Shown here piece after piece: positions 56,862-64,000 of a DNA stretch of 64,000 bases. The translations under genes were made by a program, and so were the position numbers. Below the pieces are notes generated by a model that saw only the letters and a program-made list of their open reading frames with translations, made no database searches and was not told where the DNA came from. Position 1 is the stretch's first letter, and the number at the start of each line of letters is the position of its first letter. Location of the stretch: assembly GCA_038326655.1 (NCBI GenBank), contig JBBQKG010000013.1, positions 8,394 through 72,393 of the forward strand, given 5' to 3'. Source of the stretch: Solirubrobacterales bacterium. Lineage in GTDB: Bacteria; Actinomycetota; Thermoleophilia; Solirubrobacterales; JBBDJG01.

Positions 56862-59324
56862 ATGTCTCGATTCGCTGGCAGGCTGGCGGCGCTGGTGTTG
56901 GCCGCATGTTTCGTCCTCGGGATCAACGCGTCGCTGTCCTGGAGCGCCAGCTCACCGGACTTTGCCACCCCGGGAGGCGCCTTCAACGTCGATCCGCCTG
57001 GTCAGTTCGGCGGTTTCCCGCCGTTCCCCTCGTACGCCACCGATCAGCTGACCCTGTACGACTCGCTCACCCCGAAGTTCGACCAGGTGACCGATGCGGA
57101 CCTGCCGAACTTCTTCAAGGAGAACGTGTTCGGGCTCGGCAGCAGCCCGTTGAAGCGGACCGAGTCGGTCCCGGGCCACCCCGATCTCTCGATCAAGCGG
57201 GACAAGTACGAGGTCGCCCACATCGATGCTCCGACGCGCGTCGACGTGATGTTCGGGATCGGCTACGTCACCGCCGAGGACCGGACCCTGTTGATGGACC
57301 AGGTGCGCGGACCCGGTCGGATCGCCGCTCTCGACGTGCCGGGCATCAGCCCGTTCTCGATCGGGCAGCTCAACCCGTTCCATCCATCGCAGGCGACGGA
57401 GGACTTCCTCGCCTCGCAGGCCGACGTGCTCCGGGGCCTCGGACCCGACGGGCAGCAGATCATCGACGACGTCGACAACTACGTCGCCGGCATCAACAGC
57501 TGGCGGACGCTGCACGGTGTCTCGGGACCGCTCTGGACGCGTAACGACGTGATCTCCGTGGCGGCGCTCTTCGGCGCGGTGTTCGGCAAGGGCGGCGGCG
57601 ACGAGGCCCGGCGCTCGGAGCTGCTCTCGGCGCTCCAGGACCGGCTCGGCGACCGCCGGGGCCTGCAGGTCTGGAACGACCTGCGCGAGCAGAACGACTC
57701 GGAGGCGCCGGTCTCGGTCGACGGCAAGTTCCGCCAGCGGCACTCGACGCCGAACTTCAAGGGCAACTCGATCCTCGACGCCGCCAGCCTCGACAACGCG
57801 GCCTCGACGAGCTCGGCGGTCTCCCAGCAGGCCCAGCGGTCGGCGAGCAACGCGATCCTGGTCGGCAAGTCGCGCTCGGCCACAGGACACCCGCTGATGG
57901 TCGCCGGGCCGCAGGTGGGCTACAACTACCCGGGCAGCCTGTACGAGGTCGACGCGCACGGCGGCGGCATCGACGCCCGCGGCGTGAGCTTCCCTGGCTC
58001 CGCGCCGTACGTGGAACTGGGGCGCGGCCAGGACTACTCGTGGAGCGCGACTTCGTCGCAGAGCGACAACATCGACATCTTCGCCGAAACGCTGTGCGGT
58101 GACGACACCCACTACCTCTTCAAGGGCCAGTGTCGCGCGATGACGACCTTCGACGCCGGCACGATCGGGTTCGGCAACACGCCGGTCACCTTCCACGAGA
58201 CGGTGCATGGCCCCGTGATCGGCTACGCGACCGTGAAGGGCAAGCGCGTGGCGCTTGCCTCCCAGCGGAGCACCCGCGGCCGCGAGGTGGCAAGCGCGCT
58301 GGGCTTCGCGGACCTCAACAGCAACGAGGTCCACGACGTCCAGAGCTTCAACGACGCGGCGAACAAGATCGACTTCTCGTTCAACTGGTTCTACGCCGAC
58401 AGCGACAACATCGCGATGTTCTCGAGCGGGCGTCTGCCCGTCCGGCACCCGCAGGTCGACATGGGCCTGCCGACGAACGGCACCGGCAAGTACGAGTGGC
58501 GCGGTTTCATGACGGAGGACCAGCACCCACACGGCGTCGAGCCGAATGACGGGGTGATCACGAACTGGAACAACAAGCAGGCCGCCGGCTGGCAGGCAGC
58601 CGACGACAACTGGTCGTACGGCTCGATTCACCGCGAGCAGCTGCTGCACGACGCGGTGGACCGCGTGCAGACGCACACCCTGGGCTCCGTCGTGGCCGCG
58701 ATGAACCGGGCCGCGACCCAGGACCTGCGCGCGGCAAAGGTGATGCGCGGCATCTCCGCGGTGCTCGACGGCACCGCCGCCCCGAGCCCGCGCGACCAGC
58801 AGATGCTCGACCTGGTCGAGCAGTGGCGCTCGAGCGGCTCGAGCCGGCTCGACCGCGACAACGACGGGAAGATCGACGACCCTGGTGCGGCGATCATGGA
58901 TAAGGCGTGGGACAAAATTGCCGACGCGGTGATGAGCCCCGTGCTCGGGCCGCAGCTCGGCGAACTGGCCTCGCTGATCGGCCGCGACGATGCGTCCAAC
59001 AATCAGGGCTCGTCGTACATCTCGGGCTGGTACGGCTACGTCGACAAGGACCTGCGCCGACTCGCCCACCGCTCGGTCGCAGACGCCTTCACGACGCGGT
59101 TCTGCGGAGAGGGCGACATCGTCGCCTGCCGCGCCTCGCTGTGGGGCGCGATCGACCAGGCCGGCAACGAGCTGGAGAGCCAGCAGGGCTCCAACCCGGC
59201 GAACTGGCGATCGAGCGCCACCGCCGAGCGCATCGTGTTCTCACCGGGCTTCCTGCCCAACACGATGCGCTGGACCAACCGGCCCACGTTCCAGCAGGCG
59301 ATCTCGTACTCAGGTCACCGCTAG
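56862..59324 (+). CDS. penicillin acylase family protein (Ntn hydrolase)
   Basis: Signal peptide, a processing-site-like ...QRSASNAILVG with nucleophile Ser-Asn, then GPQVGYNYPG and FNWFYADSDNIAMF motifs. Confidence 0.9.
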   Translation: MSRFAGRLAALVLAACFVLGINASLSWSASSPDFATPGGAFNVDPPGQFGGFPPFPSYATDQLTLYDSLTPKFDQVTDADLPNFFKENVFGLGSSPLKRTESVPGHPDLSIKRDKYEVAHIDAPTRVDVMFGIGYVTAEDRTLLMDQVRGPGRIAALDVPGISPFSIGQLNPFHPSQATEDFLASQADVLRGLGPDGQQIIDDVDNYVAGINSWRTLHGVSGPLWTRNDVISVAALFGAVFGKGGGDEARRSELLSALQDRLGDRRGLQVWNDLREQNDSEAPVSVDGKFRQRHSTPNFKGNSILDAASLDNAASTSSAVSQQAQRSASNAILVGKSRSATGHPLMVAGPQVGYNYPGSLYEVDAHGGGIDARGVSFPGSAPYVELGRGQDYSWSATSSQSDNIDIFAETLCGDDTHYLFKGQCRAMTTFDAGTIGFGNTPVTFHETVHGPVIGYATVKGKRVALASQRSTRGREVASALGFADLNSNEVHDVQSFNDAANKIDFSFNWFYADSDNIAMFSSGRLPVRHPQVDMGLPTNGTGKYEWRGFMTEDQHPHGVEPNDGVITNWNNKQAAGWQAADDNWSYGSIHREQLLHDAVDRVQTHTLGSVVAAMNRAATQDLRAAKVMRGISAVLDGTAAPSPRDQQMLDLVEQWRSSGSSRLDRDNDGKIDDPGAAIMDKAWDKIADAVMSPVLGPQLGELASLIGRDDASNNQGSSYISGWYGYVDKDLRRLAHRSVADAFTTRFCGEGDIVACRASLWGAIDQAGNELESQQGSNPANWRSSATAERIVFSPGFLPNTMRWTNRPTFQQAISYSGHR

Positions 59325-59341
59325 AAGCGGCGACCTGAGTA
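59307..59341. other. 15-bp hairpin spanning the acylase stop codon
   Basis: TACTCAGGTCACCGC / loop TAGAA / GCGGCGACCTGAGTA, with 14 of 15 positions paired. Confidence 0.6.
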
Positions 59342-59349
59342 CAGAAAGG

Positions 59350-59380
59350 CCGACGGTCTGCAAGCAGACCGTCGGGTTTG
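59350..59380 (+). terminator. intrinsic-terminator-like hairpin after the acylase gene
   Basis: Perfect 12-bp stem CCGACGGTCTGC aa GCAGACCGTCGG followed by GTTTG. The T-tract is short. Confidence 0.5.
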
Positions 59381-59393
59381 TGGAGGGATGAGC

Positions 59394-59432
59394 TATTCGA
59401 GGGACGGCCGAAGGATGGCCGTCCCTCGAATA
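59394..59432. other. 16-bp perfect hairpin
   Basis: TATTCGAGGGACGGCC / loop GAAGGAT / GGCCGTCCCTCGAATA. Confidence 0.6.
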
Positions 59433-59470
59433 CGAGCGAAGCAAGGGCCGCTCGTCCCGCCACGAACCCT

Positions 59471-59530
59471 CCGATCGCCTTGGCGATCGGAGGCAATTTC
59501 TCGATCGCTTTGGCGATCGGAGGCAATTTC
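59471..59530 (+). repeat. 2 x 30-bp tandem repeat, each unit containing a palindrome and a GGAGG
   Basis: CCGATCGCCTTGGCGATCGGAGGCAATTTC / TCGATCGCTTTGGCGATCGGAGGCAATTTC (28/30 identical). Unit 1 lies in a perfect 12-bp stem, 59468-59493. Confidence 0.9.
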
Positions 59531-59536
59531 TAAGAT

Positions 59537-60184
59537 ATGCGGATGCCGGCGCTCGAGCGGTTCCCGCACCGCATCCGTCCCGCCCGCGGTGAGCCGGAGG
59601 GCGTGCTGGTCCTGCTGCACGGACGCGGCACCGACGAGCACGACCTCTTCCCCCTGCTCGACATCCTCGATCCGGAGGCGCGGCTCGTCGGCGTCACCCC
59701 GCGCGCTCCGCTGTCGCTGCCGCCCGGCGGCGCGCACTGGTACGTGATCCGTGAGGTCGGCCATCCGGATCCGGAGACCTTCTTCGCCAGCTACGGAGCG
59801 CTGGGCGAGTGGCTCGACGCGCTCCCGGCAGAGCTCGGCGTGGACGGAGGCCGCAGCGTCATCGGCGGCTTTTCCCAGGGCGCCGTGATTGCCTATGCGC
59901 TCGCGCTCGGCGCGGGCCGTCCGCGCCCGGACGCCCTGATCGCGCTGAGCGGGTTCATCCCGACGGTCGAGGGCTTCGCGCTCGACCTGTCGGGCCCCAC
60001 GCGCCCGTGGGTCGCGATCGGACACGGTGTCTACGACCCGGTGATCAGCGTCGAGTTCTCCCGGGCGGCACGCGATCTCCTGACCCGTGATGGCTTCGAA
60101 GTGGTCTACCGCGAGTCGCCGATGGCGCACTCCGTCGATCCGGAGTTCCTCGCAGAGCTGGCCGGCCGGCTGGCTGCCGGGTAG
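59537..60184 (+). CDS. phospholipase/carboxylesterase family alpha/beta hydrolase
   Basis: 215 aa with VLLHGRGTDEHDL, nucleophile GFSQGA, and a GHGVYDP...H catalytic-triad pattern. Confidence 0.85.
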   Translation: MRMPALERFPHRIRPARGEPEGVLVLLHGRGTDEHDLFPLLDILDPEARLVGVTPRAPLSLPPGGAHWYVIREVGHPDPETFFASYGALGEWLDALPAELGVDGGRSVIGGFSQGAVIAYALALGAGRPRPDALIALSGFIPTVEGFALDLSGPTRPWVAIGHGVYDPVISVEFSRAARDLLTRDGFEVVYRESPMAHSVDPEFLAELAGRLAAG

Positions 60185-60187
60185 CCG

Positions 60188-60658
60188 CTATCCGAGCAGC
60201 TCGTCCAGGTTCCCCGGGCGCAGCCGCTCCTTCGCGACGTCGTCGGGGGCGTATGACTGCGCGATCTGGATCAGCGTCCCGTGCGACTTCGAGGGCCGCA
60301 GGAACGCCTCCTTCCAGTGCGGATTGTCGATGTTGACGTCGACCAGCTCGAATCCCTGGCCACGGAGGTGGGCGATCGCATGCTCGATGTCGTCGGTCTT
60401 GAAGGTGACATGGTGCAGTCCCTCGCCACGGGAGTCGAGGAACTTGGTGAGGAAGCCCTCCCCGAGGGGCTCGAGCAGCTCGACCTTGCCGCCGCCGGGA
60501 TACCGCAGCTGAATCCATCGCCAGACGTCGCGTTCGTCCCCGCCCATCAGGTACTCGCCGCCGAGGCCGTCCCGGAAGAGCCGCAGCGCGGGCTTGAGCG
60601 AGCGCAGCGCGACGGCGACGTGGTCGAACTCGAAATTCGGCGTCGAGCCCGCTGTCAA
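60188..60658 (-). CDS. VOC family protein (methylmalonyl-CoA epimerase-like)
   Basis: FDHVAVALRS..., GLHHVTFKTDDIEHAI. TTG 60658 overlaps the MBL stop (TTGA). The upstream part of the track ORF is off-frame over the MBL gene. Confidence 0.7.
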   Translation of the reverse strand: MTAGSTPNFEFDHVAVALRSLKPALRLFRDGLGGEYLMGGDERDVWRWIQLRYPGGGKVELLEPLGEGFLTKFLDSRGEGLHHVTFKTDDIEHAIAHLRGQGFELVDVNIDNPHWKEAFLRPSKSHGTLIQIAQSYAPDDVAKERLRPGNLDELLG

Positions 60659-61464
60659 GTCGGGCCCCGCTCGCGCGCCCGGCTGAGTGCCGACGCGATC
60701 CCCTCGCGCCACGGCTCGCCGTGCCCGAACAACAGGGTGCCCTCGAGCCCGTCGAGCTTCCCGAGCGACTCGAGCGCCTGCTTCGAGCTGATCCCGAAGG
60801 CGGCCGGCAGCAACTGGGGCCCCCTGTCGCCGGTGAGTGGATTCAACGAGCACAGCTCATCGCCCGCGACCACCACGCCGTGGTCCGGGAGATCGAAGAC
60901 ACAATGGCCGAGTGTGTGGCCGGGGGTGTGGAGCACACGCGGCCGCCCCGGCAGGTCGAGCACATCTCCGTCGCTGAAGGTGGTCACGTGAGCGATGTGG
61001 GGGGGACGCATGCTGCCACTGCGAGCCAGCTCCCAGATGATCCTGTAGGCCATGCCGTGCCGGAGGTAGGGAAGCATCGAGCGCTCCCGTTTCGGCTGCT
61101 TGCCTGAGCGCGCAAGCTCCTCGTCGGCCTCGTGCACGAAGACGGGGATTCCTGCCTCGGCGCGCAGCATCTCCGCGATGCCGGTGTGGTCGCCGTGAGC
61201 GTGGGTCAGCACCACCGCGCGCACGTCTGAGAGCTCCCGCCCGAGCACTGTGAGCGCAGCGTCCAGCATCGGCCGGTGACGCGGCAGGCCGGCGTCGATG
61301 ACGGTCAGACCGTCCTCGGCCTCGACGAGGTACCAGTTGACCAGAGGCGTCCCGAGGCGGTGGACGCGTGGGGCCACCTCGGGCGTCACGATCTGCTCCA
61401 CGCGCCGAGGCGCAGCTCGTGAGAGCGCTCGGCGATCCCGGACGACCCCGCCCCGATCACGCAA
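60655..61464 (-). CDS. MBL-fold metallo-hydrolase
   Basis: THAHGDH (HxHxDH), HTPGHTLGH and FGHG motifs. The start may be GTG 61401 rather than 61464. Confidence 0.85.
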   Translation of the reverse strand: MRDRGGVVRDRRALSRAAPRRVEQIVTPEVAPRVHRLGTPLVNWYLVEAEDGLTVIDAGLPRHRPMLDAALTVLGRELSDVRAVVLTHAHGDHTGIAEMLRAEAGIPVFVHEADEELARSGKQPKRERSMLPYLRHGMAYRIIWELARSGSMRPPHIAHVTTFSDGDVLDLPGRPRVLHTPGHTLGHCVFDLPDHGVVVAGDELCSLNPLTGDRGPQLLPAAFGISSKQALESLGKLDGLEGTLLFGHGEPWREGIASALSRARERGPT

Positions 61465-61545
61465 GCCCGCTCCCCTGCACCGAGCTGAAAACGCTCCCCG
61501 CTCATTCGGAAAGCAATCCTAACCTCGTCCCGCGGAGCAACCCCA

Positions 61546-61611
61546 TGAGGTTGCTTGCAACCTCATGGGCACTTTCTCTGAGGTTGCCTGCAACCTCATG
61601 GGCACTTTCTC
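61546..61611 (+). repeat. 2 x 33-bp tandem repeat, each unit containing a palindrome
   Basis: TGAGGTTGCTTGCAACCTCATGGGCACTTTCTC / TGAGGTTGCCTGCAACCTCATGGGCACTTTCTC (32/33 identical). Unit 1 lies in an 11-bp perfect stem, 61544-61567. An adjacent 11-bp hairpin sits at 61612-61637. Confidence 0.9.
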
Positions 61612-62381
61612 GTTCGGCTGCCCCACGGCAGCCGAACAACCCGTTGCGAGTCGTTGTTCCCCTCGTTCGACTCGAAGACGTGGTTTTTCGGATCGGCGCG
61701 GTGCACGTAGGCGAAGCAGCCACGGAGGCCCGTCACGTCGATCCATTGCTGGTGATAGGTCGAGGGGTAGATGTCCGACCAGCCCACCGACGTGCCGAGC
61801 GTCACCCGGCGCCTCCCCGGGTCCTGGCTGCAGCTCGGGAAGATCCGGAAGCGTGGCGAGCCCTTGCCGGGCTTGGTGTGCACCAGGTCGCGCAGGCAGT
61901 AGTAGACCTTCGGGCCGGTCCGCACGAGCTGTACGCGGTGCCCGGTGGCGTCCACCGACCACAGCTCGAACCGGGCTGCGTCGCGGAACTTCCAGTAGTG
62001 GCCCTGGCCGGGGATCGCCTTCCAGTAGAGCTCCGCGCCGGTCTTCAGCACCAGCTGTGACCCGTCCACGCGATAGATGTGCTGCCGGGCGGTCATCTCG
62101 TCCCGGCTTGTGCGCCGGCCGCGAAACATGACGGGGCCCAACCCGCGGCTCTTCACGTTGTTGGTCGCGCGCAGCAGCACGTGTCCGTGCGGCGTGCGCT
62201 GGACGTACATGTCGGCCGGCTTGCCCATCTCGAGGTCGGGACAGCGAAGCTTCGGGGCCTCGGGGCCGAGACAGGGGTTCGCGACGGGGGGCGCCTCTGG
62301 CGCCGAGGGAGCGGCGGGCGCCGCCGGCCCGGTTGCGAGCAGCGCGAATGCCAGCGCGGTGAGGGCGGTCCGAGCTCGCAT
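61596..62381 (-). CDS. secreted lysyl-oxidase-like (LOX catalytic domain family) protein
   Basis: Signal peptide, then GWSDIYPSTYHQQWIDVTGL and ESNEGNNDSQRVVRL, which align with animal LOX CYDTYGADIDCQWIDITDV and ESDYTNNVVRCDIRY. YYCLRD aligns with SFCLED. Confidence 0.7.
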   Translation of the reverse strand: MRARTALTALAFALLATGPAAPAAPSAPEAPPVANPCLGPEAPKLRCPDLEMGKPADMYVQRTPHGHVLLRATNNVKSRGLGPVMFRGRRTSRDEMTARQHIYRVDGSQLVLKTGAELYWKAIPGQGHYWKFRDAARFELWSVDATGHRVQLVRTGPKVYYCLRDLVHTKPGKGSPRFRIFPSCSQDPGRRRVTLGTSVGWSDIYPSTYHQQWIDVTGLRGCFAYVHRADPKNHVFESNEGNNDSQRVVRLPWGSRTRKCP

Positions 62382-62393
62382 GCGCGCGGAAGC

Positions 62394-62855
62394 CTAGATC
62401 ACGTCCCCTAGCAGCGCCTCGGTCGCCTCCCGTCTGAAGTCGAAGATCCGCCGGAGATCGCGCCGCACGAAGGCCACATGGGCGAGCGCGCCGAGCGGCC
62501 CGACCGGCAGCGCGTAGCGCACGCGGTCTTCGATCAGGGTGCCGCCCTCGACCGGGGTGAACGAGTGCGTGTGCTCCCACAGCGAGTAGGGCCCACTCCG
62601 CTGCACGTCCACGAAGCGGCGGGCCGGCTCCCACTCGACGATCTCCGTGGTCCACCGGATCGGGACTCGGTGGAGCGTGAGGCTGTACTGGATCAGCGCG
62701 CCCGGCCGGAGCAGCAGCGAGTCGTCGGTCAAGATGCGGAAGCGAAGCCACGGGGGCGTCATGCGCTCAAGGTTGCGGAGGTCGCCGAAGGCCGCGAAGG
62801 CCTCGTTCGGCGGGACCGCCACCCGCTGGCCGCGCTCGAGCAGGTGGACGCGCAT
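62394..62855 (-). CDS. SRPBCC family (START/Bet v1-like, COG4276-type) protein
   Basis: FGDLRNLERMTPPWLRFRI...IPIRWTTEI..W.P...FVDVQ..GPYSLWEHTH.F. ATG 62855 overlaps the upstream stop (ATGA). Confidence 0.8.
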   Translation of the reverse strand: MRVHLLERGQRVAVPPNEAFAAFGDLRNLERMTPPWLRFRILTDDSLLLRPGALIQYSLTLHRVPIRWTTEIVEWEPARRFVDVQRSGPYSLWEHTHSFTPVEGGTLIEDRVRYALPVGPLGALAHVAFVRRDLRRIFDFRREATEALLGDVI

Positions 62856-63703
62856 CAGGCCGCGCGAGATGCGCGCGCCGGCGCGCCGGCGGGCTCGCCC
62901 CTCGCCGCCGGGACCAGCCGCAGCCGCTCCGGGACGACCGGGACGATCACGCGCTTGACGTACTCGGCGCCGCCGGCCACGAGCGCCCGCCGGAGCCACG
63001 CGGGCGGCAGCCGGAGGAACCCGTACTGGTCCCGGATCGGGGCCGGCAGCAGCGCGACCGTGATGAAGTTGACCGTCTCGACCAGCGGCCGCAGATAGAG
63101 CGGGAGGGGAGGCTCGAGCACGATCTCCCGGGCCCGCGTGCGAGCCCAGGGAGTGACCGCGAGCTTTCCGCTCTCGAGCATCTCCCGTCCGTAGCCACGC
63201 AGGCCCGCGAGGCCGCGCGGCATGTCGCGCTCGCGGAGGCCGAACAACCTTCCGACCACCCGGTAGTCGGCCCAGAACCGCCCCTCGGCGTCATCGTCGA
63301 GCGGGCCCACGTACATGCGGTACACGACCACCGCGCTGTCCACGAGCGTGTACAGGATCCACATCAAGAGCTCTGGGTCGTTCGCGCGGTAGGGCGTGCC
63401 GGCCGCGTACGGGCCGGCCCGCTGCGCGATGCGGCCGCTCACGCGGCGGTGCATAGACCGCACGTGCCTGGTAGTGCGGTCGGCGTCGGCACGGGAGCCG
63501 AACGTGACCGTGCTCATCGCCTCGGCGGTGCGGGCCAGGCGCTCGTAGGGCCGGTCCAGCGCGCCCGTGTGCGCGAGCAGGCCGGCCACCGCGAGCGGAT
63601 GCGCGGCCTGCATCAGCAGTGCACGTGGCCCCGCGAGCGCAAGCGCGCGCTCGCGATACACACGCCGGATCACCGAGTCGTCAGTGAAGTACCCGCTGGC
63701 CAT
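62855..63703 (-). CDS. oxygenase MpaB family protein (DUF2236)
   Basis: RERALALAGPRALLMQAAHPLAVAG...PYERLARTAEAM..VTFG....A......V..MH..V.G pattern. 282 aa. Confidence 0.8.
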   Translation of the reverse strand: MASGYFTDDSVIRRVYRERALALAGPRALLMQAAHPLAVAGLLAHTGALDRPYERLARTAEAMSTVTFGSRADADRTTRHVRSMHRRVSGRIAQRAGPYAAGTPYRANDPELLMWILYTLVDSAVVVYRMYVGPLDDDAEGRFWADYRVVGRLFGLRERDMPRGLAGLRGYGREMLESGKLAVTPWARTRAREIVLEPPLPLYLRPLVETVNFITVALLPAPIRDQYGFLRLPPAWLRRALVAGGAEYVKRVIVPVVPERLRLVPAARGEPAGAPARASRAA

Positions 63704-63737
63704 ACCGAAGGGGTACGAACAAGCCCAGGTGCGTGGA

Positions 63738-64000
63738 TCAAGAAGACGCGGCGGCGAGCTTCGCGCCCATCGCGTCCCGGAGCGCTGTCGCCGCCGAGTA
63801 CGGACGCACCATCACGGTCAGCTCGGTCACGCGCCCGTCCGGCCCGTGGCGCAGGTAGTCGATGCCCTCCAGCTGGCGGTCGCCCACGCGTGCACGAAAG
63901 ATCAGGCAGGTCGAAGGGCCGCTGGAGCCCTCGCCCTGCAGTTCGTCCAGGTACTCGAAGTCCTCGAACACCTGCGTGACCAGCGACAGGAGCGCGATTA
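63738..64000 (-). CDS. NTF2/SnoaL-like protein, 5' end outside window
   Basis: C-terminal ...FRARVGDRQLEGIDYLRHGPDGRVTELTVMVRPYSA pattern. The frame stays open and coding-like from 63971 to the window edge, so the track start (GTG 63971) is probably internal. Confidence 0.5.
   Translation of the reverse strand, partial: IALLSLVTQVFEDFEYLDELQGEGSSGPSTCLIFRARVGDRQLEGIDYLRHGPDGRVTELTVMVRPYSAATALRDAMGAKLAAASS

Noticed and set aside
59388-59747. ORF of 119 aa starting at ATG 59388, right after GGAGGG.
   Set aside because: The SD abuts the ATG with zero spacing. The product is Arg/Ser-rich and repeat-derived, and the ORF runs out of frame across the well-supported esterase gene.
59471-61611. The possibility that the 30-bp and 33-bp repeats are CRISPR arrays.
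   Set aside because: Each array has only two copies. The copies are directly adjacent with no spacers, and no cas genes are in the window.

Overview
This is a very GC-rich, densely coding chromosomal window. I did not compute GC content. The style is Actinomycetota-like, and the tail motifs and DUF559 paralog type suggest a Thermoleophilia/Solirubrobacterales-like organism, but that is inference only. I support about 65 protein-coding genes, 4 gene remnants or pseudogenes, 2 small tandem palindromic repeat arrays, and a few hairpin, terminator and promoter candidates.

I saw no rRNA, tRNA, CRISPR array, transposase, integrase or recognisable defence system.

Main blocks:
- 0.2-3.9 kb: an iron/Fe-S cluster of genes (DUF2203, Grx4, BolA, HD, ferritin) plus an FMN-dependent alpha-hydroxy-acid dehydrogenase.
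- 4.9-8.4 kb: a LemA membrane module.
- 8.4-12.9 kb: a tightly coupled operon of VOC, FAD oxidoreductase, GCS2 ligase and PhoD-like phosphatase.
- 13.3-18.5 kb: a zinc-binding (ZAS-type) anti-sigma factor and ECF sigma factor downstream of a disulfide reductase, an FNR-like reductase, a cyclase, rpiA and panE.
- 19.8-36.8 kb: a glucose island. It holds an SDR glucose dehydrogenase, a sugar ABC importer, a seven-gene Gfo-tkt-tal/pgi-gnd-zwf-HAD-glucokinase operon, a GH15 enzyme and an aldose epimerase.
- 36.9-44.6 kb: DUF559, a molybdopterin oxidoreductase, a two-component system, a degenerate GGDEF protein and a GDPD phosphodiesterase.
- 44.6-64 kb: gloA, a deazaflavin-dependent oxidoreductase, NTF2-like proteins, secreted proteins of unknown function, an MFS pump, a penicillin-acylase-family protein, an esterase/VOC/MBL module and an MpaB-SRPBCC-LOX-like operon.

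I found no clear new multi-gene system. The most unusual signals are small-scale:
- Two related tandem palindromic arrays (59.47 and 61.55 kb) sit in the same orientation on either side of a 2-kb hydrolase module.
- A displaced native-looking gloA 3' end marks a 0.65-kb insertion. The inserted gene lacks a canonical start codon.
- A frame-broken LLM gene is followed by an orphan secreted-protein tail.
- An orphan MMPL C-terminal fragment lies at 18.6-18.8 kb.
- Conserved N-termini lie upstream of the first ATG/GTG/TTG in three genes, suggesting CTG or other non-canonical starts.

Many long ORFs in the supplied track are Arg/Ala/Pro-rich off-frame or antisense artefacts of high GC content, and I did not call them.
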